Positions 15,365 through 29,330 are shown, numbered from the stretch's first letter. The stretch: 64,000 bases of DNA from the human T2T-CHM13v2.0 reference genome, Homo sapiens (GCF_009914755.1 NC_060944.1), one strand, 5' to 3'. Made by a program: numbers and translations. The notes: generated from the sequence alone by a model not told the origin.

Positions 15365-15560
15365 TTCAAAATTTGGCACCACCGCTTCCTAACTCTGTGA
15401 CTCTAGGCAAATTATCTAAGCTCTGCAACCTCAGTTTCCTCATCTGTAAAACAGAAAAAACAATAGAAGCTAAGTGTAGAGTCACTGTGCAGATGAAATG
15501 AGCTGATTCACTGGGAGCACAGGGCACCATTTCTGACTCAATCAATGTTAGCAGTGATGA
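15365..15560 (+). mobile_element. MIR SINE
   Basis: Core 'ctgtgactctaggcaaattatctaagctctgcaacctcagtttcctcatctgtaaaa'. Confidence 0.8.
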
Positions 15561-15811
15561 ATATTTCTGTCTACCCCTTCCCCAGGCAGATATGTTTTAT
15601 TGAGTCTCCACCTCTGCAGGCTCTTTTTCATGATTCTTTATCATTATGCCAACCATTAAAATATTCAGGGCCAAGCGAAACATTTCAACTAAAAACAGCT
15701 AGTTGAATGCGTTGTGTGGCCCGTTTCCTGAGAGCACTTGAGGGGAGTCGTAGGGTGTCGGAGAAATTAGTCACTGAGAAGGGACACAGAAAGAGGGAAG
15801 CCAAGACAAAC

Positions 15812-16560
<749 letters not shown>

Positions 16561-17335
16561 GACAAGGGTTCTCATGGCCAAGGTCAGCCATTGCATCTTC
16601 AATCACAATTTCCATTTCAAGACTCATTTCCCACCCACAGGGTGTGGGCTTCTTGGAGGCCTCAAATGGTGGGAGTCTGTCACCCACATGGACTCTGCAG
16701 CAAGCCGCCACCTGCTTCTTCATAAGAGGCAAACTCGCTCAGAGGCCTGGGCTGCGGCTGTGGGCGCCCAGTCAGGCACTGGGCATTCTTGGGCCTGGGC
16801 AGTTGCTGAGTCAAAGGGCCGAGGGCCAAGGCACGGGCTGCCCTATCCTGCTCCCCTCAGATGGGTGGTACTGAATGTTCTCCAGGCGATGCAGGGCTGC
16901 TGTGCTACTTTAATTGGAGACGGTGATGGTGAAACCTTCAGGGGAAATTCAGGTGCCAAATGCCTCTCCTAGAGGCGCATTAAAAGTGTCTAGTAGTTGA
17001 CCAACCCAAATAGCAGGCATCTCTGGGGAATTTCCCAGCAGGGGCCTCGCCCTATCACCTCCTCCCACCTCCCAGCACAGGAGAAAGAATCCTGCCATCC
17101 AGACACACCTGGCTCTGCCTCCGCCCCTTCCAACCTGCAGATTCTTAAGCAATTTTCTTCACCTCTCTAGGCCTCAATTTCCTTATTCATAAAATAGGAA
17201 TTATACTATTTTGTCTGGAATAATAAGATAATGGCCATAGATCTATTTGAATTGTTTATTTTTACTTAAGTCAGTTTTGGCAAATTATATTTTTCCTAGA
17301 AGCATTCCCTTCATAAAGATGTCCAATGTTTTGGT

Positions 17336-17668
<333 letters not shown>

Positions 17669-17999
17669 CTATCGTTTTGTTATTTGTAATGTCTGTCTGC
17701 TGTATATGTAGCGAGACTTTCCTTTTCATTTCTAGCTTTTTTTGTAGAGTCCATTTGGGTTTGTTGAACCTCCCTAACAGGCCTTATGTTTGTATTATTA
17801 ACTTTTGCTCTTATTTTGTTATTTCCTTCCTATGTTCTAAACCTTTCTGGGGTTTAGTCTATTATTCTGTTCCTATCTGACAGTGGTAGCCGGTAATCAA
17901 CCGGATTGGTCACACACGCAGTGCCCTACAAGTTTTGTCACCCTATGTCACGTTGTGTCCCACATGGTCTTCTTTAGTACTCCCAACGACCCTTAGCTC

Positions 18000-18471
18000 T
18001 GAACTCGTCAACAGCCTGTCTGGTCTTAGATCCATTTGGCACCCTTCCTCTGACCTCCTGTGGGATCTACGCTCCCCAGGGTCCCTTGTCCTCCGGCATC
18101 AGGGTAATTTTAACCAATGGGAAGCATGTGAGCAAGACTACAAGGGAGAAGCCAGGATATGTTTCTCCCTTCCCCTCTGCTCCTAGTGACATCTCTGGCA
18201 GTAATTACTGCTATGGTGCCACACCCACGGGGCAAAAACCAACATGGTCTTAGCTTCTGCCAATGGCCAGACTCCTAGAATCTGATAACAATACCTCCTC
18301 CCATTGTTCCTGCAGCCCTAAGGGGGCAGGTGCAGCTTCCGGCTCTTACTAAAATCTGAATTGCCTCTCAGTGTCTTCAGTCATTTGTGTGACTAACTCC
18401 CTGTATTAAATTTTCTTTGTTTGAAAAACCTTGAGCAATTCCCATTTCTTGGCTGGCAATTGATGAATACA
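18000..18471 (+). mobile_element. LTR33-family ERVL LTR
   Basis: 'aaccaatgggaagc...agccctaagggggc...cagcttccggctcttactaa...actccctgtattaaattttctttgtttgaaa...gatgaataca' matches the LTR33 3' part; 5' boundary uncertain. Confidence 0.7.
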
Positions 18472-18599
18472 AACCCTTTTTATAGGTGAACCCTAAAGTG
18501 AGGTTCAGAGAATTTAAGAGAGAAGATATAGAAATATGAGTACTCAACCAAAAAAAAGAAAGAAAAAAGAAATGCCAGTAATGAAAACACCAGCACAGA

Positions 18600-18785
18600 G
18601 CCTGAGCTCAGGTCTAACTCTGATATTTTCTAGCTGTGAGATCTTCTGAGCCTCTGTTTTCCCATATGCAGATGTGGATGGTGACTACACCTACTGCATA
18701 GGACTGTTGTGAAGATGAATGCAGCCACTATTTCTGACATTTAACTAAGCAAAAAGCCTGGCACATGGCCACACAGCTAAACATT
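18600..18785 (+). mobile_element. MIR SINE
   Basis: 'tagctgtgagatcttctgagcctctgttttcccatatgcagatg...cataggactgttgtgaagatgaa...cctggcacatgg'. Confidence 0.7.
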
Positions 18786-20351
18786 GGCTGAACTGGGATC
18801 CAAATTTCCTATTTGGTGCTTATTACCCTGTGCCAAGCAGCCTGAATCAAGTTGCTGATGATTTTAGTTCTCATGAAGGGACTTCCTGTCTTAACCTTGT
18901 GGACTGGATCCTTTCCTCAGAGATTCTCCCCCTAAGAACTCCCTTCCCTCCTCCCCCCACCGTCTCCGCCACATGAAATGATCTCCTCTCTTCCCCCACT
19001 GAATAACTGCAAGTGGCTCTCAAGCTGATTTGTCCTCCCAACTTCCCATAAGGAACCAGATCACTAGGCATAGCTGCAGGGTATAACTCAGCCTCAGCCT
19101 CCCTGAAAGCCAGCACCAAGGAGGGCTATCAGAGACCCCAACACATGGCCCAAGGCCCCTGTGCCCAAGAGCCCCCTGAACCTGCTCGGAGGTGTAATTA
19201 AGTGAACTTTGAAAGCAGCCCTCCCACTGTGGGCTCACAAACCCCAAGGAACCCGGTCTCTAATATCCCTGTGAAAGTCAGCCTAGCCATTCACCAAGGA
19301 GGAAGAGACTGCAGCCTGTGAGCGTAGAGTCTGGAATCCTACCCTGGCTTTATTTGGGACACTTTGGGCCCAAAGACTCTGATTTTGGTGTCTATTGAGT
19401 CACATCTCTACTTCCCTCCTTTGGGAGAAATACGTCCTTGCTTATCAGTGCTGAAGCCTCTACCGCTTACTATCAGTTTCGAGGATGAACCTCTGGGATC
19501 CAACAGAGACTTAGACTCAAGAAGGGAGGGTTAAGCTGGTGCAATACTCACCCATCTAAAGCCAGGGCATCATGGAGTACATCCTGGAGTAGCTGCCTTC
19601 TCAATACACCCCCATTTGGGGGCTCCTAGATGGTTTGCTCTCGTAGGCATGCCTTGGCCCCCAAAAGTTAGATTCTCAGTGCATGCATGTGGTCACTGAC
19701 ATGGTCATTCATTCATTCAACAAAACTGCCATGATTCCAGCATCATGTGCCCTCTAGACAGAAGAAACACTGCCCCATCCCTGTCGGGGGCTACACATAC
19801 AAAGAAACAAAGCAGCCTTGAATCCACCCTTTTATGAGCTGAGTGATTTTCATTATTTCTTGCATTTTAGAATTATTTTAAACATTACCTCCTCTTAGGA
19901 TGCCCATGATGTCAGAACCATGGCAGTTTTGATGAATGAATCAATAATAAGGGAATATTATTAGAAAGCTAATAATGTCCCTTAACTTTCAGAGGTACCC
20001 TTATGTTAATAATCAGGTATAGTCTTATGTATTTTGTCCTATATTTATAAAACATAGATACGGCTTGAGGTTTGGAGAAGTAGGTTGTTTTATTTTGGTT
20101 TTGGTTTAGTTTTTTGTTTTGTTTTACGAAAATGAGATTATGCTATATAAATTTCTTGGCAAGTTGCTTATCTCAGTCATCAGACCACAGCTATCACTTC
20201 AGATCAATCCACTTATATTTGATTCATTTCATAGCTGTATCCTATGTCATATCACACCATATTCAGTCATTCCCCTGTAAGGAAGTGGGAAATACATGCT
20301 CACAGCGTTAAGCCATTGCCGTTTTGTTGCAGGATCTAGATTACCCTAATC

Positions 20352-20538
20352 CAGTGGTTCTCAAAGTGTGGTTCCCACAGAAGCAGCATCAGCATCATCT
20401 AGGAAATTGTTAGAAATGCAAATTTGGGGGTCTGTCCCAGAACTACCACATCTTAAACTCTGGGGTGGGTCACGGAAATCTGTGTTCTGGCGTTCTACAG
20501 GTGATTCTTGAACACATGTTAAAGTTTGAGAACCACTG
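20352..20538 (+). mobile_element. MER5A (hAT-Charlie MITE)
   Basis: TIRs CAGTGGTTCTCAAA / TTTGAGAACCACTG; 8-bp TSD CCCTAATC / CCCTAACC. Confidence 0.9.
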
Positions 20539-21407
20539 CCCTAACCTGTACCATGTCATTCATCTTCCACGAGGACTATGTCCATTTGTTTGCCCTCCAC
20601 AAACAATTGCAGCAATTACAGCTGGATGCCAGCTTCTTTGCAGAAAATATTTTCTCAAGCTGGAAAAATACAAGAAGTTTCTAGATAAGCAAACTTAGAT
20701 GAGGACAAGCTAGCTACCCAGTTGCTAATTAACTCATTAATTCACTCTTTCAGGATGTATTGAATTTATAGTCACAGGCATAATGCAAACATATGCCCCT
20801 GTGTAACATATTTGGGGAAATGTGACAAGCAGATTTTTCTCAAATGATCTGGATGCCTGATGTGATTCTTCCTTAGGTGCAAAGAGGTTGCAATTGGTGA
20901 GTTCTGTTTGCAAAAGACCAACCACCTGGAAATGCAAGCGTGGAAGCCATGAGAGTGCCAAAAAATGTGGAAGATGGAGGCAGAGAGAACCAGACTTGAA
21001 TCCTGGCCCCACCTCTCACCCACACTCCCTGAACCTCAAGTTTTGCATCTATAAAACTGTGGTGATAATAAAACCTACCTATAGGGCTGTTGATCCAAAC
21101 TGTATTTTGTAGCTCCTCCAGGGAAGTTTTCCAGTCAACCTAATGCTTCTCTATGGCTGTTCAGGGAATGAAAAAATGAGGAAGGAATTAATGAATTATT
21201 TCATGAGAATGCCATTTTCCTCTGCTTCTTTCATGTTAAGAATTATATAGAGCATGTGCCACTGCTGTCTTCTTCATGAAACCCCCTGAGAGGCAAGGGT
21301 GGGGTGGAAGGTGAGGATGGCCATGGGAGTAAGCAGTAAAGCTCCTGAGCCGTCATGAGCCTGGCTGTCCATTCAGGAGCTATGAATGGAATGGTAACTA
21401 AGAGGAG

Positions 21408-21595
21408 CAGGGTGTTTCAAGCTTGAGCATGCATTAGATTCCCCTGGAAGTTTTTTAAAGCACAGATGACTGAGCCCCACCCCAGAGTTTTCAGATTAAG
21501 TAGATCTAGGGTGGTGCCTGAGATTTTTCATCTCTAACACATTCCCAGACAATGCTGATGCTGCTGGTCTGGGGATCACACTTTGAGAACCACTG
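21408..21595 (-). mobile_element. MER5A (hAT-Charlie MITE)
   Basis: Ends 'gctgatgctgctggtctggggatcacactttgagaaccactg'. Confidence 0.88.
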
Positions 21596-21599
21596 GGTT

Positions 21600-21900
21600 A
21601 GGTCAATGACCCAGGCTGATGAAGTCTCCACCATAATCAACACTTGGTTTCTAAGATTACACTGAGTGTTGACATCCCACTGGCAGGAGAGCAAACAAAT
21701 GAAGAAACTCCACCTTCTTCTTAAGCTCCCTGGCCAGAAAGTGATGCACATTCCTTCCACTCACATGTCATAGGCCCCACCTTTGCAAAAGGACCTGGGA
21801 AATTTAGTCCTTGGATGGGCTCCTTCTTAGTAAGCCACTTTCTTCCCAGGCATGCAAAGGGGTCACAGATCACTTAGTGTTGAGCCACTGCCACTGCCGT
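21600..21900 (-). mobile_element. MLT1H/J-like MaLR fragment
   Basis: 'gacccaggctgatgaagtctccaccat...ggccagaaagtgatgcacattccttccactcacat...ggccccacc...ctgggaaatttagtc'. Confidence 0.55.
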
Positions 21901-21950
21901 ACATGACAAGTCATCACCTCATCTCCAAATCTTGGGCCTTGCCACCAAGA

Positions 21951-22664
21951 TGTGGGTTAGCCCAGCCACAACCTCAATTCAGATTCCGAGAGCTAAAAAT
22001 GTACTGTGAACAGAACATGCTCTGGAAGTCATGGGAGAAGGGGAAGCAGGACCTATGGAAAGATGGATACCTGGGCCTCATCTTCCTTAGACTGCTTCTC
22101 AATGACACAAGTCCATGAATGTCTCCACTCCCACTGAGGGCACAGTGTGTACAGTGGAACCATGGACTTGCAGTCGGATGGAAGAGCCATCACTCACCAG
22201 CTGTGTAACTTTAGGCCTCTCTGCCCCTGGTAGGTATTGCTGGTTGACATAGGGCAGCACCCAGATTGTAGCTCCTCCACTTCCTGCCAGGCCTCCTCCT
22301 CCAGCCTCCTCAACTCCTGGCCATGAATGTGTGCAGCAATGTGACAATAGCCATCACTTCTCCAGCAGGTTACTCACATCATCAAAGTTGGGGAGTTCGA
22401 GGAGATAAGAGACCTATGCAGATTCAATGCCTCCTTATATAATCCAGCTCACATTCTGCTTTGCCCTTGCCCTACAGTTCCTGTCAATCCTTCCTTCCCC
22501 ACCTGCTTGTTCTGTTGACTGTAGGCCCAGACACCGAAGCAATGGCCCCCTGTAGATGGTTGAACCAGCTTCCACAACTGCACAGGATCAAACCCTCATA
22601 AGAAAGCCCTCAGTTTATGCCATTCTTAGTGGTTTTGCTTCTCTGGCTGAATCATGACTGATAC
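21951..22664 (+). mobile_element. LTR41-like ERVL LTR
   Basis: 3' end 'aaccagcttccacaactgcacaggatcaaaccctcataagaaagccc...tagtggttttgcttctctggctgaatcatgactgatac'. Confidence 0.6.
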
Positions 22665-22669
22665 GGGTG

Positions 22670-22860
22670 CTTTTCTTCCAACATTCTCATTTAATTTTCT
22701 GAACAACTCCACAAGAACATTCTTGTTAGTCTTATTTTAGAGATGAGCAAAGTGAGAATCAGAGAGGCTAAGTCACCTGTCTGAGATTCCACAGCTAGTG
22801 AGTGGTGTTGGGGCTGAGACTTGAACCCGGGCCTCTCAAACACCAGTACTTTGACCACTA
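22670..22860 (-). mobile_element. MIR SINE
   Basis: 'attttagagatgagcaaagtgagaatcagagaggctaagtcacctgtctgagattccacagctagtgagtgg...cttgaaccc'. Confidence 0.8.
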
Positions 22861-23180
22861 TGGTATTTTGTGAGCTCCTTCAGAAGAAAACTGGGCCCCA
22901 TGAGATGGTCAACGCAATATCAGGTTTTCCCCTGTGTCCATGCCAGGATCCTGCTCCTCTGTGCCCCCAACAAAGGCTCATCCACTGTGACACGGGAAGA
23001 GGCTTCCTTGACAAGGGCCTGTTGTCTGCAGAGTGGCCACTATTTTCTCTCCCCTGTTTCCCCTCTAGCTCTGGCCAGAGGTTCCCAGTGGGTTGATTAT
23101 CTCATTTTTATTACAAATCAATAGGAAAAGGAGAAAAGCTTTCTGAGAAGATTCTAAGCCTAATTAAAAACCCAGGAGAG

Positions 23181-23495
<315 letters not shown>

Positions 23496-23589
23496 TCAAA
23501 ACTATTCTGCTCTTGTGTAAAGACACATATGATAGGAGAGACGGTGCAGAAGAAAGAAACAGGCTTCCATTGCGAGGTGTGGAGACCTG

Positions 23590-23895
23590 CCCATGAGAGA
23601 GGCAAAGAAAGGCAGAAAAGAAAACAGATGAAAATGGAGAAAATGACAGAGGAAAGGGGGAGGGGGAACCACCAAAAACAGCAAGCGGGAAGTAACCTAG
23701 ATATAAAGGAGGGAGAGAAAGGGAACAAGACATAAAATGAGAAAGAATCAGAGACAAAGAAAAATAGAAACAGAGAATAAATGGGAGAAATAGGTATAGA
23801 AGAAGAGAAAAAGATGGATGAAAGAGGTGAGAATAGAAGGGAGAGTCAGAATGAGAGAGACAGAGAAAGGGAAAGACAGACAGAGAGAGAGAGAG
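23590..23895 (+). repeat. GA-rich polypurine low-complexity tract
   Basis: Strongly A/G-biased on the + strand, ending in (GA)n. Confidence 0.8.
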
Positions 23896-24379
23896 GTGAC
23901 TGCCAGGTTCCTACATAATTAACTTTCTCCCTTGGTCCCAAGTTTTTGGGGGGAGACCAGAGTGGAACCCAAGACAGCTGGTGGGGAAGGGAGGCACCCT
24001 GGCCACTGCCCCCATTGTGCTGGACAGTGGCCACACTTGACACAGCAGCAGGAGATAGACATCTGCCTCTGAGTCAGCTCCTTTCTTCACAGCCCCACCT
24101 GCCCCACCTTTTGGGCTAATGTTGCAGAGTTAATTACAGAAAGCCTGCCAGACTGGGGATATATGAGCCTCAGGAGAGCCTGGTTCTGAAGGCGGAGGGA
24201 AGAGGGGAGGGAGAGGACGGTCAGGGTCACCTACTGAGCTGGGCACTGAAGGTTTCTACTACCTGGAATGGTCCCTAAGCACCCACAGGCAAAAGGTGTC
24301 TGAGGCCCAAGGAAATAAGGGGAGGTCTGTCGGGGCTAATGCCTAAGCCACAAAGCCAATTCTTCCATTATGGATTTAG

Positions 24380-25240
24380 ACAGCTTTCCCACACTTCTAC
24401 CTATCCCTATAACTTTCCCCAGAGGGTTTTGCCAGTCTGCCATTTTTTTCTGCCCCTTTACCACCTCCTCTCCCCATCTGCCAATCCTTTCTCCTATCTG
24501 ACATCTCCTCCTGTATCTACCGTCTTCCATTTACCCACCTCCACCCATCCATCTAAACTTTCACCCACCGGAAGCTCCAAAATCCCACTCCTCATCCTTC
24601 TACCAACTGCCTACCCACCTGCCAAACACTCTTCCATCGATTCATGTTTCTTTATAGGCCAACTTTTCCACCCTTCCTCTAACTCCTTCAACCTCCACAG
24701 AACCTTCAGTCACCACCATTTCCACTATCCACATGCCAATCCTTCCATCCATGAATCAGCCCCTGTATTTCCCAGCTCCTCTCCATCTGACCTTCTCTCT
24801 ATCCATGCACCATTCTCCACTTATCTTCCAAACTCCTTCATCCATCCACCAATCCCTCCACCCATCTGCCAACTTGTCCATACATTTGTCAACCCCTCCC
24901 CCTTCCTCCAACTCTTCACCTACCATCCCTTCTTTTTCCAAATCCTCCATCCAACCACCAAAATTTCCAACCCCTCTCTACATTTACTTCCACCCTCATC
25001 AATTCCTACATTCACATGCTAACCCATCCCTTCAGGGAGCCATGCTCCCTTCCATTTATACATACAATTCCATGTCTAATCCACCAATACCTAACCCCAT
25101 CTACCATCTCATTCATCTGTCCATTCAGCAACCCTTCCATTCCATTCCAATATGTCAACCTCTTCCTACACTGTCAACTCCTCCCTCCTTCCATCCTTCA
25201 ATCCCCCAACACTCCAACAATCTCTTAATGCACCCACTGA
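24380..25240 (+). repeat. ~860-bp G-depleted, degenerate (CCAT/CCTT)-like low-complexity tract
   Basis: Only a few G per 60 nt; recurring 'ccatctgccaa' and 'catgccaatcc' motifs. Confidence 0.8.
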
Positions 25241-26479
25241 CTTCACAAAGGCCCCAACCCAGCCCTCAGGGAAGTTCTGTAAAAAGAAAATGGTTTTGCA
25301 GAACTGCAGAGCTGGGATATAATCTTGGTTTGGAACACACTGGCAGCATGGCTCAATTCAGTGCTCCCTGGCCTAGTCACAGCTTTGGGAAGGTCCTCAA
25401 GGCCATTGAGGAAGCTGGACAGAGTAGAAAGGGAAGTAGGGGAAAGGTTCTCTCACCTCTGTTAAGGACGCTGGTAAAGTTAATTACAGCCAGCTCCTCA
25501 CCCCTCTCCACCCACCCCAACTAACTGGACAGTACAGAGGGAGGCTCACCCCCCTGATTTCTGCCCTGACCTGTTCTGCCTGCCCTAATGGACACAACCA
25601 GGCCACAGTCCCCTCCTCTGCCTAAACCCCGGGGTTTTGAGCCAACTCCAAAGACCCTGACCAGCCAAAGCCATGTTGAACCAAGGCCTGAGCAGATTCA
25701 CCAGGCTGAGGTTGCAGGTGGCCCCCAGCACCACAGTGGCCTACTCAGTCTATATGGTCCCATCTCTTAAATACCAGAAAACCTCTTGACTACTTATGAG
25801 TCAGTTTAGACCCAGGCCAGGTAGATTCCAGGTAACACAGAGAGGTAGAAACTGCATCAAACCTAGATGTAGGTTATGGAATCAGCAAGACCTGGGTTTG
25901 TATTCTTCTTGTACTTCCTGGCTGTGTCACTTAATATCTCTGAGCCACAGTGTCCTTGTTTGTAAAATGAAGGTCAGAAAGCTCCTACCTACTGCATGGG
26001 ATTATAATTTTAAAATATACATACATTGGGATAGAGCTTGAAACACAGTAGTCCCCCATCGAGAGATGCCTTCACCTCACTTGGACTGGCTCTGGTGGCT
26101 AAGTCCTGGTCTTCTCTGTACATCAGGGAAAACAGGACAAATTGACATTCTTAGACCAGGTTGCCTGTGCTGCAAAACTAAGCCTTCTCCCCGAAAAACC
26201 CCCTTTATAAGAATTTCCACAAAAACAAAAACGAAAGCCTCTGTTTTTTAGGTACTTTTAAATGCCTGGAAAATTTTGCAATGGGGTAAAACTTGGCCAG
26301 AAAGAGAAACAAATTTTTTTTTTGCAAATCTCAGCCCTACCTTTTGGCCTAGGTTGGCCCCTTGCCAAAAATGTGAGATGACAGGTGAATGTGTGAGTTT
26401 CTGTGACTTGGGTTTCCAAAATGGCATTCAACAAGTGATCTGCCTAATTGCTTTTGATATCTAGAAAAGCTAATTAAGG

Positions 26480-26700
26480 TAATAATACTTGGCACTTGTA
26501 TAATAATAAAAATAATGACCCTTTGTATGTAAGGAGCATCTTTCATCCAAGGATTACAAAGCCTTTACAAACATTAATTAATCCTCACAACTCACCTGTG
26601 AGGTGGGTGTAATTAGACCCAATTTATGGCTGGATGAATTGAGGCATGGATGGGGTGAGGGATGTGGGGAAGATCACACGCTGCATCTGCTGCCAAGACT
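26480..26700 (-). mobile_element. Ancient MIR-family SINE (MIR1_Amn-like)
   Basis: 'atctttcatccaaggattacaaagcctttacaaacattaattaatcctcacaactcacctgtgaggtggg...gaattgaggcatgg...gatcacac'. Confidence 0.6.
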
Positions 26701-27055
26701 GGGATGGCCCTGAAGATTCTAGAAGCTGTACTCGGAATTCTCACATCTGTCTGGTAGAATCCCTCTAAGCTGTCCCAAGGAACACCCCCATGAGTCAAAG
26801 TTCTCTCTTGACCAGCCACGGAGAAAAGCAGAACACTAGGACCTCATCTGGCTGGGTGACCTTCAGCTAGTTCCTTCCCCTCTCTGAGCCTTTACTTCCT
26901 TCCCCATTAGCCAAGATGACTGGGTTCCATGACACCTCACCTCCCCAGTGTTCAGCCCCACAAGCTTGTCATCCTGTTTCTTGCATCACTGGCAGGTTTT
27001 CAGGGCCTTGAAGCCACCAACAAAGACCCAGGTTCAGCCAGCATCCCTGGGCAGT

Positions 27056-27267
27056 TAGGTTGCCAGATTTAGCAAAGAATAATACAAGCCACTGAGTTAG
27101 AACTTTTGAATTTCTGAAATTTTTGAATTTCAGAAAAACAATGAAGAATTTTTCAGTATAAGCATGTCTCGTGCAATATTTGGAACATGGTTATACTAAA
27201 ACATGGTTTGTTATTTATCTGAAATTCAACTTTAACTGGGTGTCCTGCGTTTTGTCCAACAACCCTG
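27056..27267. mobile_element. MER53 (palindromic hAT MITE)
   Basis: 'taggttgccagatttagcaaa...tgaatttcagaaaaacaa...agtataagcatgtctc..aatatttggaacatggttatact...atctgaaattcaactttaactgggtgtcctg...caaccctg'. Confidence 0.85.
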
Positions 27268-27825
27268 CTTGTTAGCCACTCTGTGCCAGGCACAGGCTGA
27301 ATTTCTCACATCTCTGATCTCAGGTAATCCTTCCCCTACTCTGGGAGGCAGGCATTATCACTCCCATTTTGCCACGAAAACTAGTCTAGAGAAGAAAAGC
27401 GGCCTGCCCAGAGTCCTGAATTCCTCACCTACCTGGGTCTCCCTGGAGTCTCCACTGACACCCCCAGTGATTGATTCCCCAGTGCCCAGAGACCAAAGTC
27501 CACACTCCCTGAGGACAGCCCTTCCAGGCCCTGCAAATCTGCCCCTAAAGTCCTCTCTAGCTTCATGTCAGCCCAAGGGTCCCATCACAGGCATATGCAA
27601 TAGATTCAGTGTAATTAGTGGTGCCCAGCACCCACACTTCCTTCCGTCAGGCCTCCAGGCCTTTGCCTCTGCCGGTCCAACCACCTGGAATGCTGTTCCT
27701 CCATCTTCTCCTGCAAAATGCCTGCAGGTCTGCAGGATACTGTCCAGTGTCACCTCCTCAGAGATGCCTTCCCTGGCCAAACACTCGTTCTGCTGTGTTA
27801 ACCTCTGTGCTGCCACATTCCCCAG

Positions 27826-27933
27826 CATGCTTGCATGCATGTGTGTGTGTGTGTGCATTCACGCGTGCATTTGTGTGTGCGTGTGTGTGCATGTGTGTAC
27901 TGTGTGTGAGTGTGTGTGTGTTTGTGTGTGCGT
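27826..27933 (+). repeat. Imperfect (TG)n microsatellite
   Basis: Alternating purine-pyrimidine TG/CG/CA runs. Confidence 0.9.
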
Positions 27934-28130
27934 ATTTTCTCTGTGCTCCACCCTCCCATCACCAGTACACCTAGGGTTGTTTCTTGGCCCCATGCCTCAG
28001 CATACACTATTTCCTCTTCCTGGAATCATCCTCCAAAATTAAGTCATTCATTCATTCAATTGATACTTATTAAGCACTTGCTATGTGTTGAGCTTATCCT
28101 TCCTGCCCTTATGAAATCAACAGTCTAGTG

Positions 28131-28349
28131 CAGGGGTCAGCAAATTTTTGTCTGTAAAGAGACAGATCGTAAATAGTTAGGCTTTGCAGGCCATAGGGTC
28201 TGTGTCACAACTACTCCACTCTGCTGTTGTAGTGTGGGTGCAGTCATAGACGGTATTAGCTGGGTATGGCTGTGTTCCCATAAAACTTTATTTACAAAAA
28301 AAGGCAGTAGGCCACATTTGGCCTATTGATTCTAGTTCACCAACTCCTG
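28131..28349 (+). mobile_element. MER58A (hAT-Charlie), inserted in an L2 remnant
   Basis: 'caggggtcagcaaa...ctgtaaagagacagat...taggctttgcaggcca...ggctgtgttcccataaaactttatttacaaaa...caactcctg'. Confidence 0.9.
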
Positions 28350-28979
28350 GTCTGTTCAAAACGGACATTGAGCAAATATCACACAAATGCCGGATTTAAC
28401 AAATTTCTTCAATCCTGTGAAGGCGAAGATTCTACTCAAACTCTCCCCACTCTGTGAGATCTTTTAGCAGTGGCCTCTTCCTCTGTGCTTTCAGAGCTCC
28501 TGAGTTTAGGGGGCTCATGTGTGGTCATTCAAGGCAGGGACCACCTTTCCAACCAGATGCCTTAAGACCCACTGCTGATGCTGCACCTACTCCTGCCTGA
28601 GGTGTCCCTCTGGGGCCAGATGGGGCTGGGCTGGGGTGGACCTTGTTTAGGACCCCTCCCTAGCAGAAGGGAAGTTCTGCTCACCCCTCATCCTTAAAGA
28701 TGATCCTCCTGCCACTCCTTCCAATAACTTGTCTCCAATTATAACCCAGGGTGAGCCAAACTGGGCATCTTATTTAATAGAGAGTGACTGTGCTCGTATA
28801 TTTGAGTTAGAAGCGTCACATTTTCCTTCTTGGCAAGAAGGAAACATAAAACCCTCTCCAGAGACCCCAGGGCCAAAAGAAGGGACAGATGTTTCCAGCA
28901 TCATGGCTTTGTGTCCCCTCCTTCGGTGGTTCCATCTTGCTAGGCTCCAAAACTGTTTTTCAGGATGTGCACCCCGCCC

Positions 28980-29330
28980 CAACACACACATACATATGTT
29001 AAAATCAGGCCCCCTATGCATTCATACACATGTGTTCAGCACACAGGCTTACATACACCTCAGGTAGATGTATGTTTACATATATAAGCACACATGGACA
29101 CACACAAATTCCTGCTTCACACATATACCAAGAGTATTCACAACAAGGCAGACAAATTTGGGCACAAAAACAGATTCATCTAGAGACACACAAACCCCGA
29201 ATTTTTGCCCCACAGCTACTATACATGTGTGCATGCACACACACACTATGCACATGTATGTGCACATGCCCACACTATGCACATGTGAGCACGCACACAC
29301 ATGCACACATGCTATGCATGTATATACAGT
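28980..29330 (+). repeat. Degenerate (CA)n/(CATG)-rich low-complexity tract
   Basis: cacacacatacat / gcacacacacactatgcacatg runs. Confidence 0.75.

Noticed and set aside
20352-21595. Composite transposon bounded by two inverted MER5A copies
   Set aside because: The left copy has its own 8-bp TSD and the copies are independently diverged; MER5A is abundant.
22215-22245. CTCF site in the LTR41-like element (similar weak matches near 18316 and 31964)
   Set aside because: Matches are degenerate at core positions and cannot be supported without a PWM scan or ChIP data.
24339-25524. Long ORFs of 227 aa and 263 aa
   Set aside because: They lie in a C-rich, G-depleted low-complexity tract where stops are rare; the P/S/H-rich products have no recognisable domain.
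27269-28042. 257-aa ORF with CVCV tract
   Set aside because: Runs through MIR/L2 remnants and a (TG)n microsatellite.
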